DNA from: Vicugna vicugna
Lineage: Eukaryota
Reading direction: 5' to 3'
DNA: 64,000 nt
Assembly: GCA_013265495.1 (NCBI GenBank)
Contig: MU058418.1
Coordinates: forward strand, 2,875,491 to 2,939,490
Positions 14,831 through 27,630 of the stretch are shown piece by piece. The translations under genes and the position numbers were made by a program. How positions within the stretch are numbered: position 1 is the first letter of the stretch; each line of letters starts with the position of its first letter. Below the pieces are notes generated by a model. The model was not told the origin of the DNA, did no database searches, and saw nothing but the letters and a program-made list of their open reading frames with translations.

Positions 14831-14844
14831 AAACGAAAACAACA

Positions 14845-17800
14845 AGAGATTTCCATATCTGGTATTACGGCTGACTAGGTGCCCCAGAGGACCTGCCATC
14901 ACAAAACCACAATATGTTGCCTAAGAAACAGTCCCTGAAGGACCCTTCGTCTCACAAAAAATTAAGGGATATCTACAACAACCCCTAGCCCCACCCTGAC
15001 TAATGGCTGGAGAAGGAAGGAAAGGCAGAATGGACCTGAAGGCAGATGACAATAACACATTTCAGCGGGGACACTGAACCTTGAGCCACCAGCAAGGTGA
15101 GGAAACCGAGCTTGTTACCTGACAATCAGCCAAGACTCTCAAGGGGACTAAAGTAAACCAGTAGAAGCAAAAGGCACTCTCTCTGGAGGAAGAACTTCCT
15201 ATCTTAGGCCTAAGGACTAAAACAATACATTTTCCTGCTAAAAGCAAATTATTTCCATACCGGATTAAAAACAAAATCCATTCATACACTACTTACAAGA
15301 AATCCATCTAAGTGGAAGGATCATAAAAGCTAAAAGTCAAAAGCCATTAAAAGATATATCAGGCAAACTGCTAAAAGAATCAACTACAGGAATGTCAGAC
15401 AAAATAGCTTTTAAGACAAAAGCATTATTAGGAGTAGAGATGGTATATAATGATACAAGGTTCAATTCACTAGAAAGAGGGAACTCTCCTAAAACTTGTT
15501 ATATACTTGAAATATATATGTATTTGATAAAATTGCAAAGAGGGAAAAGACCAATGACAACAGACTTTTCTCAGTTACTGATACATCAGGCAAATAAAAG
15601 ATAAGCAAGATATGTAACATCCAAAGGATACAGTTGACAAGACTGATCTAGAAGACAAATACATAACTTTTTACCCAATAATTAGAGAATACCCATTTTT
15701 TTTCAAGCATACATGAAACATTTACAAATGCTGATTGTGTACTAGCAGGTCTCAAGAAATTTCAAGGAATTGCTATCAAACAGACTATGTTCTCTGACCA
15801 CAATGCAATTAAAGTTAAAATTCAGTTACAAAAGTATAAACTTAAAACTCCGTATATTTAGAAATTTAAAAATACTTCTAAATCATTCAGAGGTAAAAGG
15901 AGAAAGCATAAAGAAATTTAAAATACTCATAAATGAAATAATTAAAGTACAACCTATCAAAACCTATGGAATGCAGCTAATGCAGACTTACAAGGGAAAT
16001 TTACAGCCTTAATTATTTATGTTAGGAAGAGAGGCTGAAAATAACTACGTGCCCAAGTTATGATGTTAAAAAAAACACAAAACCCAACAGACTAACCCAA
16101 AAGAAAGTAGAAGTAAAAAGAGAAAGGTTTAAGGGCAGGAATCTTCGAACTAGAGAGGATTTATGAAGCCTTTGGGACAACTACAATAAGAAGAGAGAAA
16201 GTGCAAGTAAACAATATTACTAATTACAAAAAGGAACATAACTGTAGATTCAATGGAGGTTAGAAAGATAAAAGAACCCTATAAAAAAAACTTTATAGCT
16301 ATTAATTTTTTAAAATGTATACAAAATAGATAAAGTCAAGAAAAAAATAGCTTACAGATTGACTCAAAATGAATTAGAAAACCCAAAGAAATCAAAAAGT
16401 GCTAAATAAATTAAACTGTAGTTAGAAATCTTATCAAGAAAACAGATGATCACAGAGGCAAGTTCTCCAAATTTTCAATGAGCAGATTGTTTCAATTTTA
16501 TTCAAACATTTTCAGAGACTAGAAAGAGGGAAATACAACATTGTAAAATGATTATAAATCAATAAAAAATGTTAAAAAAAAAAAGAAAAGAAAAAGAGGG
16601 AATACTTCCAACGCATTCTAGAAGGCCAGTATAACCTTGATACAAGAAAAGACAAAGTGTAAGAAAGAAAAACTTCAGGGGCAACCTCACTCATGAGTAC
16701 AGATATAAAAATATTTAACAAAACAGTATTAAACCAAGTCCAGAAAAAGGAATGCCAGGACGGATAATATAAGAAAATCTATATAAGTCCACCACCACAT
16801 TAATAGATTAAAGAAGAAAGATGATATAATTATCTTGATAGAAGCTGAAAAAACAGTTCATAAAATTTAATACTCAGTGATGATAAAACTCTCAGCGAGG
16901 CAGACTAGGAAAAAACTTCCTTAACCTGATCATGGGTATGCATCAAAAACTAAGAAGGAAACACGTAAGTATTCCCTTTAAAATCAGGAATAATGCAAGA
17001 ATACCCACTATGATCACTTCTAAAGTCAACATAGTCCAGTAAAATAATTAAAGGCGTATGCATTAGAAAGGCAGGAACAGAACTATTGCTGTCTTCAGAT
17101 TATATAATTATCTACATAGAAAGCCCCAAAAATTTATAGATAAATTGTTTGCAATAATAAGAGTTTAGTAGGACACCTGGTGGCTGTTTGAGCAATATGA
17201 ACAAGTATTTCTATATGCCAGCAAAAAAAAAAAAGCTAGGAATATAATTTTTCAAAGGCAGCATTTCTATAGCAACAACAAAAAACTGTAAGGTATCTAG
17301 GAATAAATATATCAAAGGAGGTACAAGATTTTTATGCAGAACACCTTGAAAGCCTATCTTAAATAACATTAAGAAGTCCTAAATAAATAAAAAGCTCATG
17401 TTTACAAAGAACACTCAATGTAGTAGAGCCATCAGTTCTCCCCAAACTTATCTGTCTATTCAATACAACTTCAATTAAAATTCCATCAGCACTTCCTTGT
17501 GGAACTTGAAAAGCTCATTTAAAAAATGTATGTGGAAAAGCAAAGAGCCAAGAATAGGCAAGATATTCATGAAGTGTTAGGGGCAGGGGATGAGGAGAAG
17601 AATCTGGCTCAAGCATGATATCAAGATGTATTTTAAAGCAGTAATAATTAAAACTGTGGTACTGGTACAAGGATGGACAAACTGATCAATGGGAGAGAAT
17701 GGAAAAAACAGATGGAACCATGATACTGAAAGAAGAGGAAGTTCAGATCAGTGGAGAAAAGAAAAACTAATCAATAAATGGTGCCGGCACAAGTTACTCA

Positions 17801-18990
17801 AATGGGGAAAAAAATACGTAAAATGAACCTTCACCTCCTACCATATAGACATCAATTTCAGGAGGATTAAGGAATTAAATGTGAAAAGCAAAACCTTAAA
17901 GTTTTGGAGGGAAAAAAAAAGATTGGAGAATATCTTTTTGACCCTGAGTCAGGGAAGAATTTCTTCAACAAGTTACAAAGAATAACCATAAAAGTAAAGA
18001 CTGATAAATTTGGCTATTAAAGTAATTTCTAACCATCAAAGATAAGGAAAATAAAAAGACAAAGCACAAACCGCCAGAAGTTTTGGAACACGTATCAGTA
18101 ACAAAGATTTAGTATCCAGAATAAAGAACTCCTACAAACCAATATTAAAAACAACCTAAAAAATAATGGGCATAATGTCCAAACAGGGATTTAACAAAAG
18201 AAGAAATATTTTTAACCATGGAGCCTATGAAAAGATGCCACGCCTCATCAGTAGTGGGGGAAATGCAAATTAAAATCACAGTGAGATACCATTTTACACC
18301 TAGTAAATTGGTTAAAAATTAAGAACTGTTGAGTAGGAAGTAGGTCGAGGGGAACCCCAATACATAACTGGTGGGAGAATAAACTGGTACAACTTCTTTG
18401 GAAAATAATTTGGCATCATCTTGCAAAACTGAACAACTGCATAACCTTCGACTCAGTAATTCCATTTTTAGATACACCAAAGAATGGTCAGAGCAGCACA
18501 GTTTGTAACACAAAAAAAAATCTGGATGCAACCCAAATTTCTAGCTAATAGGAAAATGGAGAAATTAATTGTGGTAAGAGTCACACAATGAATTTTAAAA
18601 CAGCAGTGAAAATCACTGAATTGCAAATAAAGGTACAAAATATTCAGATCTTGGAAACATTATGCTGAGTGAGAAAAGCAAGTTTTGGAAGACTATAAAG
18701 CTGAAAACCAAGCAAAGCTAAAAAATGGACTGTTTAGGCAAACATACAAATGTGAAACTTACTTTTTAAAAGAAGTGAATAACAGATTCAAAAATCAGGA
18801 AATTTGTTACCTCTTGGGAGGAGGCAGGAGGATAGAATGGGGGAAAAAACACAGATAGAAGCAAGCTATTGGTAATGTTCCAGTTATCGGCTTAAATGAC
18901 AGGCTCTCGACTGTGATGCTTTTTAAGGTACATATACATGTACCAAATATTCTTTTGTATATATCATATATTAAGAAGATAATAAAGACA
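14845..18990 (+). mobile_element. Ancient degenerate L1 (L1M/L1ME-like), near-complete ORF2 plus 3'UTR
   Basis: Frameshifted remnants of FSDHNAIKL (~15790), [10 protein letters not shown] (~16835), KYLGI (~17290) and MRYHFTP (~18280), followed by an L1M-type 3'UTR. It splits an L2 copy. The 5' boundary is approximate. Confidence 0.85.
16533..16592 (+). mobile_element. Ultra-short L1 3'-end insertion with poly(A), nested in the old L1
   Basis: atacaacattgtaaaatgattataaatcaataaaaaatgtt(A)n matches the terminal ~40 nt of the young L1 at 32591-32640. TSD aaagagggaa at 16523-16532 and 16593-16602. Confidence 0.85.
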
Positions 18991-21316
18991 AAAAATAAAG
19001 CAAGTAATGGGAATAGGTACTGTTGGGAGTGGGTCGGAAGGGTGTTCTTTTCAACATTATTTAAGCATTATTTTAAATTACTTAGAGAATGCCTCCTTGA
19101 GAAGGTAACATTTGGGATAAGACCTGAAGAAAGTTACAGTAGCAAGTGCAGTAATCAGGGAAGAGCAAGTTGAAAGGCCTGAGGCAGAAGTTTGTCTGAT
19201 GAACTAGAGACATGCCAGGGAGAATGGTGGCCATCAGGAAGGACAGTGATAAGGCACTGATGATTCTAGAGAGAAGGAAACCCAAGGGAGGGCTTGCTTG
19301 CTGTTTCCAATGATTCTGCTTTTGGCACAGGTCCTCTGGGTACCAGAATTGGACAGGTTCTTGGGCACTGTCTGACCTGTGCTCTGAGAGTTTATGAGGG
19401 CTGCCACAAGATTTGCAGCAAGGAAAGATCACACGGCTTAAAGCAATCAGGAAAAACGTTGGCGAGCTGGCAGGTTGGCTAACTGGAGAAATAGCAAAGA
19501 GGTCAATGTGACCATAGCTGATGTCAGAGGAGGAGAGTTAGCACAGGAGAAGCAGCAAAGGGGTGAGACGGAGATTAAGGAGGGTGTTGTGGATCATACA
19601 GGAAGATGTGGGGACTTGGAAAGACCTAAATGTTTTACATGACTAGAATTAGCATCATATTGTTATATTATCTTTCTGTCTTACCCATAATTTTTACAAA
19701 CTGCATAATTATTTTATGCAATATGTATATATTTTGGTATTCTGACCATCTCTGATAGCAGGATTTGGAGAGAGAATCATTTTCTACTACATTATATATT
19801 TCCATAACGTTTGATGTTGTATATTCTCTATTGTTGATAATTAGAGAAATGGTATTTTTTAAAATATAAGAAAAAAATAGTAGTGCTAAGAGGAATAAGG
19901 GATGTTAGAGGAAAAAGAACCAATAAAGAACCTGTGAAGGAGCATCCAAGGTAAGAAAACATGGATAACATCGGGCCCTAGAAGCTAAGGGTTTAAAAAG
20001 GAGGAGGTGGTCTTCAGGTGCAACAGAATGAAAGCTGAGAAGAGGCAACTTTGGAACAATTACAAAGTCACTGGTGACTCAGAAAAAATAATTCCTGTGC
20101 ACTTACAGAAGCCAGACACAGTAAACGAGACCCAAACAAGTGGAGAAAAGGTGAAGGCAGATTTAGAGGACGTTTTTCAAGGCCTCAGTGAGGATGGGAA
20201 TCTCTGGGATATAACAATTTTTTAAATTATAAAATGATCAAATAAAGCATCTTACATGCCATCTACTATATTTGCAATTCCTAAATTTTGTGCTTGAAAC
20301 TTTTAAAAATAAAGATACAATGAGGTAAGGGAGAAAAAATTGCTTCATATAAGAAATGAAAATAGATTACGAGCTGCTGAATAGGAGAGAAGCAGGAAGC
20401 CGGTCCTGGATCAGGGTTAGCTAACTCTGGTTAGTAGTCCCTGCCATCACACGAGATGGAGACAGAGAATATAAATATGAACACCACAATGCAATAAGGA
20501 TACAGAAAGACAAAAGAGGGTCCAGCTAGTTCTGAAGCTAGAGAATACCTTTGATATGATGATGTACTTGAAGCTTACAGAAGCTCTAAGTGCAGGGCCT
20601 CCATGCAGAGCCTGAGAGGAGGGCAGAAGCAGTGGCATGGTCTGGGGAGCAGTGGCTATGAGCTCTTTTTACAGTCTGAGGAAGGAACCCAGAGCTGGGG
20701 CAGTATCCACAGAGAAGGGCTCCTGTGGTCAAGTGAAGATCTAGAATCGCAGAAGGAGTCATTTTTTAACGTGCAGCCCTTCACTGGGATTATCTGTCCC
20801 CTTCAGGACAAGTAAATAAACGTTAAGGTCATAAGGTACTTGATGTTTTAAAATAACAACAAAATAAATAATACAGTCACCATTAAAATACACTTAACTT
20901 TTCACAGCATTTTCACATCAATTTCTTTTTCCTTGAGGGAAATACTCAAGGACTTACAAGGCTAGGGGCAAGTCTCAGAACAACTCCATCTACCCCCCAG
21001 ACTCCACACAGATGTGTTTGCAGGTATTATGTTTAATTTTCAGAAGACTAACTTTAACAGATTAACTTAAGTGAAGGTATATGCTTTAAAAAAAAAAACA
21101 AAAGACAAAACAACAACAAAGGAAACTGCAGCTCATGCACATGCACTCACACCCACATATACAAACCTAAAAGAATGAAGAAAGGACACCAAAATTGTTC
21201 TGACCTAGTTACATCCCAACTAACACAGACTATGCTTTACTAAAACCCCTCTTCTTACTGTGAACACAAAATGCCAGCTGTGAAAGAAAGTGATACTGCT
21301 GGGTTTGCACACTTTG

Positions 21317-21330
21317 GTTACCATAGAAAC
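21317..21330. promoter_or_regulatory. Candidate RFX X-box
   Basis: GTTACCATAGAAAC fits GTTNCYATRGNAAC. Confidence 0.45.
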
Positions 21331-22439
21331 TGTAGAAATGGCAGGAGTTGGATGCCTCACATTTAAGTTATCAGCAATAAAACTGGATAGACAAATCAAG
21401 GCTGCAGGGTTCATTTTAGTTAAATTGTATTTTAAAGGCAAAAGTCAGGGAAATAATGTGATAAACAATATGATTACTCAGAAATTATTCTTGAAATATC
21501 TGCATTTTAGCAGAAAGTAGTTAATTCTTGAATGTACATTCATGATGTTTTACATGTATCCTAGATTTGCTTTTCCCTTTTATGGAATCAATTTTCTTTT
21601 CACAGAGTTAAATTTATTTCAGTTAATTGGCACATCATAAATAGAACAGCCTTAAGATACACAATTATCCTACTACATTTGCTTTGCACTTCCCACCCTA
21701 GGACATTTGGAACAAAAATATGAAACCCACATAATGACACTCATCAGCACCAATAAAGAAGGCAGCAAAACATAAACACTATTGTCTACAATCCTGAATA
21801 ATAGGAAAAAAAACAATGAGAATATCAATTGGACTAGTTTCTGAACAATAAACAGTGCTAGCCTAAAATTAATGGCTAAAACTATTCTTTTATTTAAATA
21901 TAGAGGTGGCACAACTCTCCTCACATTTGATACAAAAGTACATTGCCAGGAGAAAACCCTCAGTTTATGTTCCCTTCTTTACACTGTTCTCCATTGTTCA
22001 CCTTGAACAAGTAAGATTAAGTGTTGTGACAAATGGGACAAAGAACTAAGAGTATAAGACATGTGCTTTTTTTCCTTAACAAACACAACAGTCATTTGCT
22101 AATAGCATCAGTCTATCATATCTTTACCCCTAAAAATAGTATCACTAATAGTAAAGGATTTAAAAAATAGAGAATCTTATTATTGTGACTGCAGCCCCCT
22201 CCAGGGCAGGGAGAATATTTCTCTAACGACTTTATATATCTGCTGAAATCCAGGCATATAGTGTTCAATACATATTTGTTGAATGAATGAATGAAAATTG
22301 CCAATGGTTATACTCATGGTTCTTTGACAGGCAAGTTCTCAATTTTAATAGAAGCTGTAAGAAACTAGAGTAAGCACTTACCACAAAATATGCCAAGCTC
22401 ACTTCTGAATATAGATATTTTTTAAGTCCTAATTTTAGT

Positions 22440-23520
22440 TTATTCCAGGGTTTCAACAGTCACCCATATGTGAATGACTCCAAAATATATACCTCGAAGA
22501 ATCTAAACTATATATGAAGAGAGATGTCAACTGTATTCTGGCCATCTCCACAGTCGTCTCAAATTCAGCTAGTTCAAACTGAATTTTTACTGCCTCACTT
22601 TCTGATAGTATTCCCTTCTCAGTCACTCAGCCAACAAAAGCACAAGTCTCAACACCTGTCCTTTACCCTTCAAACCTAATCAGTCCTCAGGTCTGATTAT
22701 CTTACTTCCTAAAGATTTGTCTACTATGTCCCTTCCTCTCTGTCTTCATTATCTCTGACCTGGCTCAAGCCTTCATCATTTCTCAACCAGCTGATTATAA
22801 CAGCCAGAGACAGCTGCTATCCCTGCACCTTCAAACCAGTTCTCCACATCTCTGTCTCAGTGGTCTTTCTACTAGGATATCTACTTTTATTTTATTTACT
22901 TATTTATTTATCTAAATGGCAGTACCAGGGATTGAACCCAGGACCCTGTGTGTGCTAAACATGCTCTGCCACTGAGCTCTACCCTCCCTGATCCCAGTGG
23001 TCTTTCTGAAGCAAAACCATGACGAGCTCAGCTCTGACGGACCACAGGAAAAATCCATGCTTCTAAACATGACAAGTGAGGTCTACTGTAATCTAGTCTC
23101 GACTTCTCTCTTCTGCCTCTTCATTCATTACTTTTTGTTTTGCCCCAGTAATAACCAAAGTGCTTGCAGTTTCTCACCCCATGTCCCCTCTGCCTGGAAT
23201 GCTCTCCCCACCCACTTCCCCCAGCTCCTTCTTAGACATTTCCACTCATCCTTTCAGACTCAGTTCAGTGTGCATTCTCCAAAAGAGCCCCGTCTCAACT
23301 GGTCAGGTATTCTTCTGTGCTCTCAGTACCTTCTGCACAGCTGATCCATGACTATGCCTCATAACTTCTTTTTTAAACCTCATTATTTTATGATTATCTG
23401 TTTATGTGTGTCTTCCCCACCATGCCCTCACTGAGGAAAGGGATTATATTTTATCTATCCCTGCATTCCCAGTGCCCAGCATAGTGTCTGGAACATATTA
23501 GAAGGACGAAATATGTTTGT
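22440..23520 (+). mobile_element. L2 fragment (interrupted by a SINE)
   Basis: atgactccaaaatatatacctc...ccctctgcctggaatgctctcccc...ccagtgcccagcatagtgtctggaacata. Confidence 0.7.
22884..22988 (-). mobile_element. tRNA-derived SINE (same family, short form)
   Basis: Reverse complement reads gggagggtagagctcagtggcagagc...gggtcctgggttcaatccctggtactgccat followed by (TAAA)n. Direct repeat cagtggtctttct at 22858-22870 and 22995-23007. Confidence 0.88.
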
Positions 23521-24677
23521 AAAGCAAATATACTTAAGTCTGTAAACCAGTATTTCCTCCACAGAAATCTGGAAAAATGGACATTAGGTTCCATAGTTCT
23601 CAAAGTGTCTTACCCACAACATATTTATATTGTGGGTTAAACAGGCCTTTGTATTCAGAGGACCTAACCACTATTTAAAGTGCCATTTCTCAGCAAAAAT
23701 GCCTCCCCAATTAGAAATTATGATCTCCAACTAGACGCAGGCTATCTTAGAATGGAGCAGTCTGTAATATTAAATGCTGTGATTAATATCATTTTAACTT
23801 AAAATAGTCTAGAGGTATCTGTATTGGGCACCAATGTTAATTAAACCTCAGCATTCATGGTAAACAGAGCCTGCCAACCCAATACTGCACAACAGTTAAC
23901 AATGCACTTTTTTGTCTTTGTCTTTTAGGAGTGGTTACAGGCCTGAACAGCAGAGATAAGGTTTTCTTTTCTCTAACAGAACCAATAAAAAGCAGCCTTT
24001 ATAAAAAGCTTAATGCAAGACAAACACATGTAGCTTAGAAGGCTATTTACTTAACTAACTTCAAGGTCACTTAAAGTAAAATCAAGATATATTCCACACT
24101 GACAGCCAAGTCAGGAATAAGGCTACAAAGACATTCAGATGCTATCCTGTTCATTAACTAGTACAATCCACCCGCAGAGAAGCAACACTGGTAGAAAGCA
24201 GTTTTCTATCTCCATTTGAGACATTCACATTCAAATCAAATAATTCAGCCTTATTATCATGAGAAATTAAGAATGTCAGAGGTAGAAGTTATTAAACTGA
24301 GCCCTCTCATTTTACTCATGAAGAAATAAGTGAAAAACCTACAACCGCAACCAAATTCACTGTCCATAGACAGTTGCAGACCCAGGATTAGAACCCAAGT
24401 TTCTCAGAGGTGCACTCCAGGCCAGGATTATGAGAACAAAAGCACACTTCGAAAATGCACACTATTTAATTGACTTATGGACCTTACTAAGAAAAGACTT
24501 CGACCCAAATGTGTGCTTAGTTGAGACTATGACACACAAAATAACCATCATCCATATTCTCCCACTGAAACGAATCATCAGTTCTTAAATGCAAGATATC
24601 CTCTTAAAGAACATACCATCATTCTCAATAAAGGATCTTGAAACATCCTGTAGTGCCAGCCAAGTAGAATGCCTGTG

Positions 24678-24737
24678 TGACACAACATTGTAAAATGACC
24701 ATAACTCAATAAAAAAATGTTTATATATATAAAAAAA
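24678..24737 (+). mobile_element. Ultra-short L1 3'-end insertion with A-rich tail
   Basis: tgacacaacattgtaaaatgaccataactcaataaaaaaatgt matches the young L1 3' end. Perfect 16-bp TSD aagtagaatgcctgtg at 24662-24677 and 24738-24753. Confidence 0.9.
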
Positions 24738-25049
24738 AAGTAGAATGCCTGTGGTGTTCTATACATTTGTCCTAGCTCATCAATTTGTAGTTAAAAATGA
24801 GTGCATCTTATTGTATACAAATTCTATCTTAATAAAATTAATAAAATAGTATGGCTGAACTGATTTTTCAGTTTTAAACTTAGGCCTCAAAGTACTGAGG
24901 GCCCTTCTTAGGCCTTGGTTCTTAACCAGTTTCTGCCATTGCTGTCACTGTGAAATATATCTTGACTATACCCTTTTAGGGACTTTGAAGTTAGTTTGCT
25001 GAACAGCCTTCTAGATATATGTGTTTGTCTGTACAGGCTACTAAAACTT

Positions 25050-25420
25050 TATGCGGAAGTCAGGGATCATCAAAAGAGCCCTGTCCCTGAGCTGAACATT
25101 AAGAGGCCTCATGGGCCACTGTGAGTCAAACCACATCCCCTTTGAAGTTGCCCCCCTGAGAAGTGTGATTCTTAGTGTGTATCACCTGCCTATGGAACAA
25201 ATGGTAGAGAATTACGCTCTCACTCAAACTGACAGATGTGCAGGAACATTATCTCATCTGATCTTCGTAAGGCCTTGTGCAGAGGCAGCAGGACAGGAGT
25301 CACTTCACGTAGATGGCATCACTACCATCAAAGGCCCTCAGGCTGCAGGCATGGGCAGCTGAGCCACAGACTGCGGAGGACCAGCTCTCCAGATCTAGTT
25401 AGGCACCAGACGTCACAGCA
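25050..25420. promoter_or_regulatory. Candidate intronic enhancer
   Basis: Locally GC-richer non-repeat block with ETS CGGAAGT (25054), AP-1 TGAGTCA (25122), RUNX AACCACA (25129), TCF CCTTTGAAG (25139) and CATCAAAGG (25326), and CRE-like GACGTCA (25409). Confidence 0.4.
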
Positions 25421-27152
25421 GAAACCCTAGTGTGATTCGTTAGCATGACAAGATCTATAATTGTCCAAAATCACCGAAAATGGCAGGTTATAAGATAACC
25501 AGGCCATCCTTTACTTGTTCATTATTAGCGCTACATTATCTGAAAGAAATTAGGATAATTAAGTCATATTAAAATAAATACTGCCTTCTGTCATAATTCT
25601 TCTAGTAGAATATTAATAAATCAAACAAAAATAAATAGAAAGTCATGTGATTAGCATAGAATGGTTAGAATGAAAAGGAAGTTATTTCAAACACTAACTC
25701 TGATCTCATTTAAGCAAGTTTTTTTAACTTTCATATTTTTAAATATGAAGACTTGGCAAAAAATACTAGCAATAGTTAAATATAAACCAGATGATACATG
25801 GCCTACTTTTTTTTTTTTTAAACACCAAGAAGCATGTTCCACGTATTTATAGTAGGGCTGTACTTTCTAAAGCAGAGGAAGCCAGGAAGAGTGTAAGGCT
25901 TAAGGAATTCTGGGGGAGAAAAGGTTAAAAGAAAAGCATCCTTGGATTGCTGACAGAATTCAGAAGAATGTACAGAAGCTTCTGCAGAAGGGAGATTAGG
26001 AGGAATTCAGGAACCCTGGAGCCAAGACTAGGAGGTCAACAACCATATAAAGTACCTATCATTGTCATCATTTTACAAATGAGTAAAACTGAGGCTTAAG
26101 TATCAAGATTATCTACCTAAGAACTAGTTTTTTTTAAATCTAGGATCTCAAAGCTCCCTATCATAAGAACTAAGCAAGGCTAAAACTCTAAAACATTATT
26201 AAAATGTTTGCAAAATGCCAGCATAATTGCTACAGTAAGATTTTAAAGGTTTCTTTGAAGTACAAACATTTGCCTTATCAGGCCCTGTTTAGCATAGACA
26301 AAATTAAAGACTGGCTGCATCGCCTTGTCAGACAACATATGAAGAGCAGCTACAGTGCACACAGAGATTTCTAGTCAGTTCTCCAACAACCAAGCATTTA
26401 TTTTAATCAAACTTTCACAAAGATGAACAGCGCAGCACATTTTTTTCCAGCTGAGTAGAAACAGAGGGCCATCTGTGATTTCATATACTGGACTTTCATA
26501 CAGTGATGTTCCCAAAGAGCCTACGAATGCTCTCTTTAGCTAAAGGACTGTATTTCATGCTTCCGCAGGGGGTCCTTTACCACTGGTCAGCTAGCTTTTA
26601 CAACTCAGCGGCATTACCAACTTAGGAAAACAATGTTTTTGCCATCATTTAATTTTTCTTTGCATTTTTGTCTTTGATTTACACAAATGAGTGAAAAATA
26701 TAAATAACAAAGTACTAATATTAATGATAAGCATAGTCCTCAAACTACCTAACAAAGACAGACCCTCTAAGTATGTTGTGAAAAAAAAAAAATCCTGGAT
26801 CTTAACTGAACACACCCTCTAGACTTAACTAGATTAAACTTGTGGTTCAACAGCAGGGTGTGGAAGGGGCAGGGGCAGGGCTGGGGGGAAGGATGGGGAA
26901 AATAAGGAACATATTCCAAATTCTCGAGATAAATCACTGAAGAATGTAAAAGGTTAGGAATAATTGGTACATTTAATATTTTCCCACACTCCAGAACTAG
27001 AACTACCCAGAATCTCTTACCCAAGCAACTTTCATACATGAAAAAAATTATATATGAAAGGAGGGGACTTCTCAAATTTTCTTTATTATATTTTAACTAA
27101 ATAAAAAGGCCAATAACAGGATCCAGACATCATTTAAAAGACTCTTAGACTC

Positions 27153-27630
27153 TGTGGTAGGCAGTATTCAGACATAGGTTCCAGTCATCCCCACTCAGTA
27201 TACACACTGTTACGTAACTACTTCCCTTGAGTACGGGCTGCACCTAGTGACGTCTGATGAACAGAACACAGCAAAAGTAACGGAATGTCACTTTCATGAT
27301 TAACCTACAGAAGACTGTGGCTTCCATCTTGCCAACACACACTCTGTCTCTCGCTCTCATGTTTGCCCACTGTGGTGAAGAAAACTGCCACGTTGTGAGA
27401 TGTGCTATGGAGAGGCCCACGCGACAAGGAGGGCCTCCACCATCAGCCTGTGAGGAAATGAATCCTGCACAAAAACTGCATGAGTGAACCAGGAAGTGGA
27501 CTCTTCCCAGAACCCAGAGAAACCATATCTAGATTCCTGACCCGAAGAACTTGTGAGATGATAAATGTTGTTTAAAGATACTATGTTTTGGGGCAATTTG
27601 CTGCATAGGTAGATAGACTTAAAATATACA
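27153..27630 (+). mobile_element. MaLR solo LTR (MLT1-type)
   Basis: Starts tgtggtaggcag, contains atggagaggcccac, and ends tgtgagatgataaatgttgtttaaag..ttttggggcaatttg...aatataca. Confidence 0.8.
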
